Notes: a model not told the origin generated them from the letters alone. Counted from the first letter of the stretch, positions 1 through 7,167 are shown. The stretch: 24,000 nucleotides of DNA from Psychromonas sp. MME1 (GCF_041080865.1 NZ_CP160906.1:3037629-3061628); one strand, 5' to 3'. Numbers and translations: made by a program.

Positions 1-943
1 CGATACCGCCTAATGGTAGGATCCATGGTGCTAAGACAGCCTTACCCACGATTATGCCATCCTGTTGAACAATGCTTGCTACTGCCGCTAGAGGACCTAT
101 TGCATTGGCCACGTCATTAGAACCATGTGCAAATGCCATTGCACAGGCTGTTACTATCATTAATACAGCAAAGATTTTTTCAACATTTGCAAAGTGCATG
201 TCTTTATCTGCATTGGGATCTATTTTTACACGATTAACAAAGTATTTTCCGATCACAGCCACTGCGCATCCCATGCCTAATGCCAGTAGGAAGCCTTGGC
301 CATTTGAAAGGTGTAAGCCAACATGCTTAAGTCCTTTCATGATAGTAACTAATGAAAGGATGAACCCTGCTAAAAACATATAAAGCGGTACATAACGTTT
401 AGCATTTTTAATAGGATCACTGGTATCAAAGATCAATCGTTGTGAGCTCATAAAAATAAAGTAGGCAATAAGCCCAGATATTAAAGGGGTAATAATCCAG
501 CTACCGACAATACCTGTTACTTTACTCCAAGTCACACTATCAACACCTACACCAACGGCTGAGAAGCCGATGATAGCACCGATGATAGAATGTGTTGTTG
601 AGACAGGCCAACCAAAGTAAGAGGCGATAACTAGCCATAAGCCGGCCGCTAATAAGGCTGCGATCATACCAAAGACTAATAGTTCAGGGCTGTCGGTATA
701 GAAGCCTGCATCAATGATACCATTACGGATCGTTGATGTTACTTCTCCTCCCGCCAAATAGGCGCCAGCAAATTCAAAAATCATTGCAATAATGATTGCT
801 TGTTTAATAGTTAATGCTTTTGAACCAACAGAAGTTCCCATTGCATTAGCGACATCATTGGCGCCAATGCCCCAGGCCATCAAAAAACCAACAACTGCTG
901 CAAATATAACCAGTATGCTGCCGTAAGACGATATAATTTCCAT
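1..943 (-). CDS. pitA: Inorganic phosphate transporter, PiT family (N-terminal ~314 codons; C-terminus lies beyond the window start)
   Basis: Absent from the ORF track because it runs off the window edge. My translation of the minus strand from the ATG at 943-941 gives MEIISSYGSILVIFAAVVGFLMAWGIGANDVANAMGTSVGSKALTIKQAIIIAMIFEFAGAYLAGGEVTSTIRNGIID... and later ...CAMAFAHGSNDVANAIGPLAAV. The duplicated G(A/S)NDVANA motif and the continuous hydrophobic helices are the PiT/PHO4 family signature. An AAGGA Shine-Dalgarno lies at 950-954 (minus strand), 6 nt before the ATG. Confidence 0.9.
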   Translation of the reverse strand, partial: MEIISSYGSILVIFAAVVGFLMAWGIGANDVANAMGTSVGSKALTIKQAIIIAMIFEFAGAYLAGGEVTSTIRNGIIDAGFYTDSPELLVFGMIAALLAAGLWLVIASYFGWPVSTTHSIIGAIIGFSAVGVGVDSVTWSKVTGIVGSWIITPLISGLIAYFIFMSSQRLIFDTSDPIKNAKRYVPLYMFLAGFILSLVTIMKGLKHVGLHLSNGQGFLLALGMGCAVAVIGKYFVNRVKIDPNADKDMHFANVEKIFAVLMIVTACAMAFAHGSNDVANAIGPLAAVASIVQQDGIIVGKAVLAPWILPLGGI

Positions 944-961
944 GGTGAATCCTTAAATTTT

Positions 962-1639
962 CTAGCGAATCAGGATAAGTTCAAGTTGTGTGCCAATTAA
1001 TTCTGAATGATCTGCTAGTTGTCCTACCCATTCTAGAATTTGATAAAGAAACATAATATCAACGGCATTGTGGTGCTGCTCTACGACTAATAACCCTTTA
1101 CGAAGTTTTATTTGTAAGGTATCAGTATCATCTTCAATTGCTGCTAGCTCAGAGATCATTTTTGTTACTACATCAACTTCGCGTCCTCTGAAACCTGTTT
1201 CCAGCAATTCATCGAGTTCATTGATGGCTTTATTGGCTTGTAGGACGGCATCGATACAGCGTTGTACATAGGCGATAAAGTCTACTTTTATTTCAGCCGG
1301 CAATTGTAATTGACGACCAACGACTCGGCCTGCAATATCTTTTGCTGTATTGGCTATTTTATCTTGGCGATTAACAAGCTCAATAAAATCAGCACGCGAG
1401 ATAGGCATAAATAAGCCCTTCGGTAGTGTTAAACGTAACTCACGTTTTAGCACATCTGCTTCTTTTTCCAACTTGGAAATTTCTTTTCTAATTTTTTCAG
1501 CTTCAACCCAATCTTGTTGATGGCTGGCTTTAAAGAAAGGAATTAGCAACTGGCTACATTCTGCTACTTTATCGATATGCAGCTGAATAGGCTTGATTGG
1601 AGATTTTGCAAATACCCCAAATATAGAGTTAACTGGCAT
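962..1639 (-). CDS. TIGR00153/DUF47 family protein (PhoU-like accessory protein usually paired with PiT transporters)
   Basis: 225-aa ORF lying 18 nt upstream of pit on the same strand. It is an all-helical, charged protein (MPVNSIFGVFAKSPIKPIQLHIDKV...DDTDTLQIKLRKGL...), as expected for DUF47. The DUF47-pit gene pair is a common conserved arrangement. Confidence 0.8.
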   Translation of the reverse strand: MPVNSIFGVFAKSPIKPIQLHIDKVAECSQLLIPFFKASHQQDWVEAEKIRKEISKLEKEADVLKRELRLTLPKGLFMPISRADFIELVNRQDKIANTAKDIAGRVVGRQLQLPAEIKVDFIAYVQRCIDAVLQANKAINELDELLETGFRGREVDVVTKMISELAAIEDDTDTLQIKLRKGLLVVEQHHNAVDIMFLYQILEWVGQLADHSELIGTQLELILIR

Positions 1640-1825
1640 AATTGATCCTATTTTTAAGTTTGACGATCATTTTTATAAATACATAGCATAGTAAATATCC
1701 GGCGCATGTTAACGTTCTTTTCCATACAATTGAACTTGAATTTTGTATAATTGCTAATTTTTTACGATATTATTACTATATTCAGTATCCCGCATCTTCG
1801 ATTAAAAGGTAATTTGGTAAATATT

Positions 1826-2725
1826 ATGGAAACAGAAATAGAGATAAAATTTCTTTTTAGTGCTGATTTTGAACAGGAATTGTTTAATACCATCAAATCA
1901 CAGCAGGTTATCTCCACAAAAGAGCAGCTTTTGCATAATGTTTATTTTGATACAAGTGATCGTTCTTTGAGAAAGATGGATATGGGGTTGCGTGTACGGA
2001 GTTGTGATAATCGCTCAGTACAAACTATCAAAACCTCTGGGCGTGTTATTGGCGGGCTACATCAACGGCCAGAATATAATGAGCCAATTGAAGGTGGACG
2101 CCCTGAATTGGCGCGCTTTAATAGTAAGATATGGCCAGATGAGTGCGACATTAAAGCACTTGAAAATGAGTTGGTGCCTATTTTCAGCACGGACTTTACA
2201 CGACAAACATGGTTACTCGAGATGAGTGAAGCGACCTTAATCGAAGTGGCCTATGATCGTGGTTTTATCGAAGCGAAACAAGATAAAAAAGATATTTGTG
2301 AAATAGAACTTGAACTTATCAAGGGCGATGAAAAACAACTATTTATACTCGCAGAGCAAATTGCACTATTGCCACAGGTACGTTTAAGTAACGTTAGCAA
2401 GGCGCAGCGTGGCTATATGCTTGGTGATCAAACGGAATTTGTTGTAAAACCGTTGCTTGAGTCTCCGCTTTTACCATCAATGTCTATCGCACAAGCGTTG
2501 ATGACGAACATACAACATGGCCTACGACACATCCAATACCATGAAAATTGCTACTTAGAATCATACCAAGATGCGGCATTAAATGAATTGGTCGTGGGGA
2601 TTAAATTTGTGCATCAAAATTTATCTTTATTCAAAGACCATTCGCCAATGCTTTTAAAAGCGCCATGGATTGAAGGATTACATTGGCTAGCGCGTTCATT
2701 CTCTTGGCTTGAAACTCCACTCTGA
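1826..2725 (+). CDS. ygiF: Inorganic triphosphatase YgiF, N-terminal fragment (complete CYTH domain plus the start of CHAD), ending at a frame break
   Basis: From the ATG at 1826 (the track ORF starts at an upstream TTG at 1751) the product reads METEIEIKFLF...MGLRVRS...GGLHQRPEYN...FSTDFTRQTW...CEIELELIKGD...SKAQRGYML. It is colinear with E. coli YgiF (MAQEIELKF...MGLRIR...GGLHQRPEYN...FSTDFYREKW...CELELELLSGD...SKAARGYHL). The frame stops at TGA 2723-2725, inside the CHAD region. Confidence 0.85.
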   Translation: METEIEIKFLFSADFEQELFNTIKSQQVISTKEQLLHNVYFDTSDRSLRKMDMGLRVRSCDNRSVQTIKTSGRVIGGLHQRPEYNEPIEGGRPELARFNSKIWPDECDIKALENELVPIFSTDFTRQTWLLEMSEATLIEVAYDRGFIEAKQDKKDICEIELELIKGDEKQLFILAEQIALLPQVRLSNVSKAQRGYMLGDQTEFVVKPLLESPLLPSMSIAQALMTNIQHGLRHIQYHENCYLESYQDAALNELVVGIKFVHQNLSLFKDHSPMLLKAPWIEGLHWLARSFSWLETPL

Positions 2726-3332
2726 CAATCAAAATTTATTAAATAATAAAGGATACTATTTACGTAAAATAACCAAGTATAAAAAATTACTTAAGCAGAT
2801 AGAGCAGCAGGATAACAGCTTGCCAAGTCAAGAGAGTATTTGTGCACTGTTGCACTCTTCTCGTTACTGCCAGTTTGTTTTATCGCTCACCCAATGGCTT
2901 ATACAGCTCGAGAAAAATACCTTTGCGAGCGAAAAAAGCCACGAAATAAAGGAGTTTGCCTGTCAGCGGTTAAGTGAAGTATGGCAATCATTTCGAGAAG
3001 TTTTGCAGAATCATGGAGATAACCAATTGCTTGCCTATCAAGGCTTGCTTGAAGGTAATCTATTAATGGGATTAAGTGTCGCTAATTTGTTTTCTCACGA
3101 TGACTATTTTAATTTTTATGCGCCGTGGTTAGATATTAAACAAGGGTTAAAAGAGTTATCCATGATTAAAATTGTCGATGATTTTGCCGAGATAGAAACA
3201 GATAAAGCACGTCAGCTAGACTATTTTAGGTGGATAAAACGCAAGCAAGAGTCATTATCCCACGCGCTTGAGCAATCAAAACAACAAGCCTTATTAAAAG
3301 AGAGTTTTTGGAATGAAAAACTGAGTGATTAA
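2709..3332 (+). CDS. ygiF: YgiF C-terminal fragment (remainder of the CHAD domain) in a +1 frame; probably part of one frameshifted gene
   Basis: This frame is open from 2691 to the stop at 3330-3332. It has no ATG and no Shine-Dalgarno near its 5' end (the track uses TTG 2709). The helical, CHAD-like sequence (...SLTQWLIQLE...LKELSMIKIVDDF...) continues the domain begun in the upstream ORF. The two pieces total ~500 aa, a plausible length for a single CYTH-CHAD protein. Confidence 0.7.
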   Translation: MKLHSDNQNLLNNKGYYLRKITKYKKLLKQIEQQDNSLPSQESICALLHSSRYCQFVLSLTQWLIQLEKNTFASEKSHEIKEFACQRLSEVWQSFREVLQNHGDNQLLAYQGLLEGNLLMGLSVANLFSHDDYFNFYAPWLDIKQGLKELSMIKIVDDFAEIETDKARQLDYFRWIKRKQESLSHALEQSKQQALLKESFWNEKLSD

Positions 3333-3460
3333 AATAATTAGTATCTTTATTTTATCAATACAGAGAAAGCTTTCATTTTTAGATCACAGTTTGTTATTAA
3401 TTATCTGTGTATAGCAGTAGCTGAGTCGTTATACTCGATGGTTACTGTTAGCCTATTTAT

Positions 3461-3525
3461 TACTTCAGGTGCAAAGTTAGCAAGAAAAAGAGTGCTGAAA
3501 TGCTAGGCATAAAATAGAAGTATAG
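3461..3525 (+). repeat. 65-nt intergenic repeat, copy A
   Basis: TACTTCAGGTGCAAAGTTAGCAAGAAAAAGAGTGCTGAAATGCTAGGCATAAAATAGAAGTATAG. By hand alignment it matches the minus strand of 10344-10409 in 58 of 66 columns. It is bounded by the 6-bp inverted termini TACTTC/GAAGTA. Confidence 0.85.
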
Positions 3526-3642
3526 ATAATTGAACTCCCCCTACTTAACTAACGCCAGGCAACATAGCTTGAGATAAGATGGGGATCTCCTATGGTCTTA
3601 ATGGTGAAAATATCCGGTCCCTCTTATAATATAGGTAGCTAC

Positions 3643-4848
3643 ATGTCGCGATTAAAATGCAATAAATTCGATGAAAAATTAGTTAGTTTATCAATGAATA
3701 AAAAATGGGCGTTTATCGCTGGCATAGGCCTTTTGTTATTTCTTGCTAAGCTAGTTATCGTCAACCTTTTTTCATCTGATATCGCATCAGCGCAAAGTAA
3801 TCAATACTATTTATTTGCAGACTTCATCTCTGTCGCACTTTTTTTGGCTTTCATCTATTGGTTTATGTTAGCCACGAAAAAAAACATACTGTCTGTCAGG
3901 GATGGTCTTGAGCAAGCTTTTGTGCAGGGTGATGTTGTTGAATATTGCGCATCGACCAGAAAAGACGAGTTAGGGCTGTTGCTTAATGTGGTTGGAGACA
4001 AAGCGGGCAATATGCAGAAACACGCGCACTCACAAAAGAAAAGCACCCAAGAATTGATCGCGATTACGGAAAGTTTGTCGACTTGTATGGAAATTATTAC
4101 CGATTCAATGGACGAGGAATTTGCTCAAATTGCGCAGTTGGCAACCGCCATGAATGAAATGACCGCGACAGTCACTGAAGTGGCGAATAATACCGATAGC
4201 GCATCCTCATCGACAGCAGAGGCTTCCGAAGTGGCCCAAGAGGGAAGCCAGTTTGTTGATGCGACAATTGCGACGATCAATTCCTTATCAAATAATATTG
4301 GTGCATCAGCGGATGCCGTTAACAATGTTGAGCTAAAAGTCGATGGCATTGGTAGTGTCGTAGACACTATCCGCAGTATTTCTGAGCAAACTAATTTACT
4401 TGCTTTAAATGCGGCAATCGAGGCTGCTCGCGCAGGGGAAGCTGGACGTGGTTTTGCCGTTGTTGCCGATGAAGTGAGAAATCTGGCAAAACGTACTCAA
4501 GATGCAACGGTGCAAATTCAAGGGATGATCGAACAGCTACAAAATAGTGCTCAAGATGCCGTTGGGCTGATGGGTAAAAGTGTTCATGAAGCGGATGTCG
4601 GTGTTGATCAAGTGACTAAAGCGGGTCAGAAATTGGCCGGGATTGTTGAAAAAATTGCCCATATTTCTGATATGAATTATCAAATATCATCGGCAGCAGC
4701 TGAACAAACCGTCGTTGCGGGCGATATCAATAAAAATCTAGATGAAGTTAAAGAGATTGTTGAAGGCTCTGTGACTGTGCTAAAAGAGGTCTCTGAATTA
4801 GCGGAGATGATCGGTAAAAATATCGTTGATTTAAATGCTAACCAGTAG
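3643..4848 (+). CDS. Methyl-accepting chemotaxis protein with two TM helices, a ~13-residue periplasmic loop and no recognisable ligand-binding domain
   Basis: Contains the canonical MCP signalling hairpin [38 protein letters not shown]. There are two N-terminal hydrophobic helices ([22 protein letters not shown] and [21 protein letters not shown]) followed by a HAMP-like segment ([23 protein letters not shown]). The start is uncertain: ATG 3643 follows AGGT at suitable spacing; alternatives are ATG 3592 (track) and ATG 3694 (MNKKWAF...). Confidence 0.9.
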   Translation: MSRLKCNKFDEKLVSLSMNKKWAFIAGIGLLLFLAKLVIVNLFSSDIASAQSNQYYLFADFISVALFLAFIYWFMLATKKNILSVRDGLEQAFVQGDVVEYCASTRKDELGLLLNVVGDKAGNMQKHAHSQKKSTQELIAITESLSTCMEIITDSMDEEFAQIAQLATAMNEMTATVTEVANNTDSASSSTAEASEVAQEGSQFVDATIATINSLSNNIGASADAVNNVELKVDGIGSVVDTIRSISEQTNLLALNAAIEAARAGEAGRGFAVVADEVRNLAKRTQDATVQIQGMIEQLQNSAQDAVGLMGKSVHEADVGVDQVTKAGQKLAGIVEKIAHISDMNYQISSAAAEQTVVAGDINKNLDEVKEIVEGSVTVLKEVSELAEMIGKNIVDLNANQ

Positions 4849-4866
4849 ATAGTTAATTTATTATTC

Positions 4867-4908
4867 CCGTCACCAAGCATGATAAAACTTGAGTGGTGAC
4901 GGTTTTTT
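4867..4908 (+). terminator. Rho-independent terminator downstream of the MCP gene
   Basis: A 9-bp perfect stem, CCGTCACCA (4867-4875) pairing with TGGTGACGG (4894-4902), is followed by TTTTTT (4903-4908), 19 nt after the MCP stop. The hairpin also lies 9 nt beyond the stop of the convergent orf112, but the minus-strand side has no clean U-tract. Confidence 0.8.
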
Positions 4909-4911
4909 CAA

Positions 4912-5250
4912 TTAACCTTTATGTAAATTGCTGCTTAAGGCAAATTGTGTTAATTCATCAATAACATGTTTTTTTATTTCTAATTGTTGATCGGCTGCAA
5001 TGTTATAACGTTCGCCAAGCTGTTGATAATCTTCATTACTCAGGCTAACGGTTAAACGTGGGCGTTTAGGCTTTGTATGAGTCGGCAAATCTAACAAGTA
5101 ACGTATCTGTTCCGATGGGCTAATGCCTTTATCAAGCGCACTGCGTCGTATGCTGTATTGGAGCTTTGCATCCATATCAAAGGCTATCTGTACCGCTTTA
5201 ACTACTTTTGCAGATTGTTGCCACTTTTTCGGTAATTCTTTTTTATTCAT
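4912..5250 (-). CDS. Hypothetical 112-aa protein with two ribbon-helix-helix-like motifs (possible DNA-binding protein); last gene of the yjfI-J-K operon
   Basis: The ATG at 5250 lies 4 nt after the stop of the upstream gene and is preceded by AAGGAGAG. Two segments have a beta-strand/helix/turn/helix pattern: KAVQIAFDMDAKLQYSIRRSALDKGISPSEQIRYLLD and PRLTVSLSNEDYQQLGERYNIAADQQLEIKKHVIDELTQ. The fold assignment rests on pattern only, not on recognised homology. Confidence 0.7.
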   Translation of the reverse strand: MNKKELPKKWQQSAKVVKAVQIAFDMDAKLQYSIRRSALDKGISPSEQIRYLLDLPTHTKPKRPRLTVSLSNEDYQQLGERYNIAADQQLEIKKHVIDELTQFALSSNLHKG

Positions 5251-5254
5251 TGAA

Positions 5255-5902
5255 TTACTCTCCTTTTATCCATAATTCAGCAATGTCATTTGCTGGCCTT
5301 AAAAACGATAGATAAACATCGGTATCGCCATTTTCAAAGATATATATCTCGACCATGCGTTTCCCATGTGCGCCTTCTAATGAATAGTACTCAAATTCGC
5401 GCCCATGCTCCTCTTCGTTATGCTGAGGTGGTTTTTGACCGCGGTAATCTTTTCTATGCTTGTAGCCAGTGATCATAAAGTTTTGTTGGATATAGTTATC
5501 TGCAACCATATCGGCATAGTGATGATCATTTGTTAGTGGCATCAGGTTGACATTGCCAGGCTCTTCAAATATCTCAGCAAAGGTTTCGAGATCGAATAAG
5601 TTTTGGACTTCGTCACGGGTGAGTAATAAGCTTACTTTTATTAATTTTTGCGGATTATCAGGAAAGCTGACATAGACCAACTCTTCAGCACTGCCTTGCG
5701 CTATTATCTGTGCATAATGATCATATTTAAACTCGATGGTATGACAGTCGATAACTTGAAATTGTTGTTTGCGCATTATTTGTGGGAGTGCGAAGCTGTC
5801 ACCAAAGGTAAATATATCATGGGTTTGCAGTTCATTCGGGACTGTTAACGTGCGTGTTGGTAGCGGCTGTTTTTTGGCGAATAAAGATTTAAAAAAACTC
5901 AT
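5255..5902 (-). CDS. yjfK: YjfK-like protein (DUF2491-type), assigned mainly by operon position and size
   Basis: 215-aa ORF, third gene after the yjfI and yjfJ homologues, as in the E. coli yjfIJKLMC operon (E. coli YjfK is of similar length). The N-terminus MSFFKSLFAKK resembles that of the family. I cannot verify domain membership without a profile search. Confidence 0.55.
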   Translation of the reverse strand: MSFFKSLFAKKQPLPTRTLTVPNELQTHDIFTFGDSFALPQIMRKQQFQVIDCHTIEFKYDHYAQIIAQGSAEELVYVSFPDNPQKLIKVSLLLTRDEVQNLFDLETFAEIFEEPGNVNLMPLTNDHHYADMVADNYIQQNFMITGYKHRKDYRGQKPPQHNEEEHGREFEYYSLEGAHGKRMVEIYIFENGDTDVYLSFLRPANDIAELWIKGE

Positions 5903-5916
5903 TATTATTCCCTATT

Positions 5917-5962
5917 TATAAAAAATGAAAACACGGTAGAAAAGTAATTCTACCGTGTTTTT
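5917..5962 (-). terminator. Intra-operon intrinsic terminator or attenuator between the yjfJ-like and yjfK-like genes
   Basis: A perfect 10-bp stem, ACACGGTAGA (5931-5940) pairing with TCTACCGTGT (5949-5958), has an 8-nt loop and is extendable by A/T pairs to 5927-5962. On the minus strand the hairpin is followed by UUUUCAUUUUUU (5930-5919). Confidence 0.7.
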
Positions 5963-5981
5963 GTTATGCAACTATCATTTT

Positions 5982-6665
5982 TTATTTCGCTTTTAGGCGA
6001 TCTAGAATCGATTGTGCATTCGATTGTTGTGCACCGATACCGGCTTCTTTTAATTTATTTTGTAGTGATGTATCGGTGTTTTCACTAGCAAGTTGCTCTG
6101 CCGCTTTTAATTTATCATCATAAAGCGCTTGTTTTTCTTTAATGCGCTCTAAGGAATCCTTTGCACTGAGCAGTTTCGAGTTGCTCGCTGTAAAGTTATC
6201 GGTAATGGCTGATGTTGCTTTTTGAACGCTCTCAGTGGTTTTAACCATGCTCAGTTGGCGTTTATAATCCGCTAGTTGGCGCTCACTTTTTCTAATTAAC
6301 TCTTTTAATCTATCTGCATTTTTAAGATAACTTTCATTGGCCTGATGCTGTTCAGCGACACGATTTTCGAGTTCGGCAATTTTTTCGGCTACTTCAATGG
6401 CTAACGCTTCATTGCCTTTATTAAGTGCTTGTACTGCATAGCCTTCATGCTCTTTAACGCTTGCTTCTAACTGAGTTAGTTCACGTGCTGCTTGCATCTG
6501 TTTAGCCATTACTTCAGTTAAATCACGTTTAGCAATGGTGATATGTTTTTCAGAATCACGGATCTCTTGTTCAAAAATACGTGTTGAGTTGGCATCAATA
6601 ATTGCTTCGCCCGCTTCACGTGCTCCACCACGTACGGCGGTGATGATTTTTTTAAATATACTCAT
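5982..6665 (-). CDS. yjfJ: PspA/IM30 family protein, YjfJ orthologue
   Basis: From the ATG at 6665 (GGAG 6 nt upstream; the track ORF begins at TTG 6677) the product reads MSIFKKIITAV...IEVAEKIAELENRV...KLKEAGIGAQQSNAQSILDRLKAK. This parallels E. coli YjfJ (...EVAEEIARLEN...KLAEAGIGGSNKSSAQDVLARLQ) and has the coiled-coil composition typical of PspA/Vipp1. Confidence 0.85.
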   Translation of the reverse strand: MSIFKKIITAVRGGAREAGEAIIDANSTRIFEQEIRDSEKHITIAKRDLTEVMAKQMQAARELTQLEASVKEHEGYAVQALNKGNEALAIEVAEKIAELENRVAEQHQANESYLKNADRLKELIRKSERQLADYKRQLSMVKTTESVQKATSAITDNFTASNSKLLSAKDSLERIKEKQALYDDKLKAAEQLASENTDTSLQNKLKEAGIGAQQSNAQSILDRLKAK

Positions 6666-6679
6666 AATAAACTCCAATA

Positions 6680-7093
6680 TTAAACTAAGTAATTACCCAT
6701 TTCGGCAATGACTTCAAGGCTGTTATCACTTAACGTGATTATCTCTAACTCAATATCTTCTATGCTTGAGTTTATTGATAGGGCACCAAATACCACATAT
6801 TTATCTTCGACCTTGGCAAATGCTGAAAGTGGCATAGGAATGTTCATTTCTAACATCGTTTCCATCATTTCGGCCTTAAGGCCTTGCTTGACCTCTTCTT
6901 CGCCCCATAGGTAAGCGATGCAGAGGATCTGGTTATCACTGATGGAGATAAAAATTGGGATCTCTTCACGACCTACGATTTCAACTTGTAGTACATCAAT
7001 TTCACCATTTATCGGTGTGCAATCAAAACAGAAACCTGTTTCAGTATTACCTTCTAGTTGATTCAAGTAGGTAGCTATTTTGTGAATATTCAT
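6680..7093 (-). CDS. yjfI: YjfI family protein (DUF2170)
   Basis: The ATG at 7093 is preceded by AAGGAG (the track start TTG 7111 is less likely). The C-terminal block KYVVFGALSINSSIEDIELEIITLSDNSLEVIAEM aligns with E. coli YjfI (YYIVFGALSLKSSLEDILLEITSLVDNALDLAEI). Confidence 0.8.
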   Translation of the reverse strand: MNIHKIATYLNQLEGNTETGFCFDCTPINGEIDVLQVEIVGREEIPIFISISDNQILCIAYLWGEEEVKQGLKAEMMETMLEMNIPMPLSAFAKVEDKYVVFGALSINSSIEDIELEIITLSDNSLEVIAEMGNYLV

Positions 7094-7138
7094 AATACTC
7101 CTTAATTGCAATAGACATTTAATGTCATCGTCTTAGTT

Positions 7139-7167
7139 AATTTAGTTGTCTTGTCATTATATGTCAA
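7139..7167 (-). promoter_or_regulatory. Candidate sigma-70 promoter of the yjfI-J-K-orf112 operon
   Basis: On the minus strand: TTGACA (7167-7162), a 17-nt spacer, then TAAATT (7144-7139), about 45 nt upstream of the yjfI ATG. This is a sequence match only. Confidence 0.4.

Noticed and set aside
72-383. 103-aa ORF on the plus strand at the window start
   Set aside because: It lies entirely antisense to the clearly recognisable PiT transporter gene (GANDVANA motifs on the minus strand). It has odd composition and no RBS, so it is a shadow ORF.
3498-3515. Conserved mini-ORF in both repeat copies (ATG-CTA/CGA-GGC-ATA-AAA-TAG; MLGIK / MRGIK)
   Set aside because: It is only 5 codons with no convincing SD, and its conservation is explained by the nucleotide-level repeat. 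There is no basis for a leader-peptide claim.
3650-3685. Sigma-28 (FliA) type promoter for the MCP (TAAA...CGATGAAA)
   Set aside because: The spacing between TAAA and the GCCGATAA-like element is ~10 nt instead of 15. The site would also fall inside the likely coding region if translation starts at 3643.
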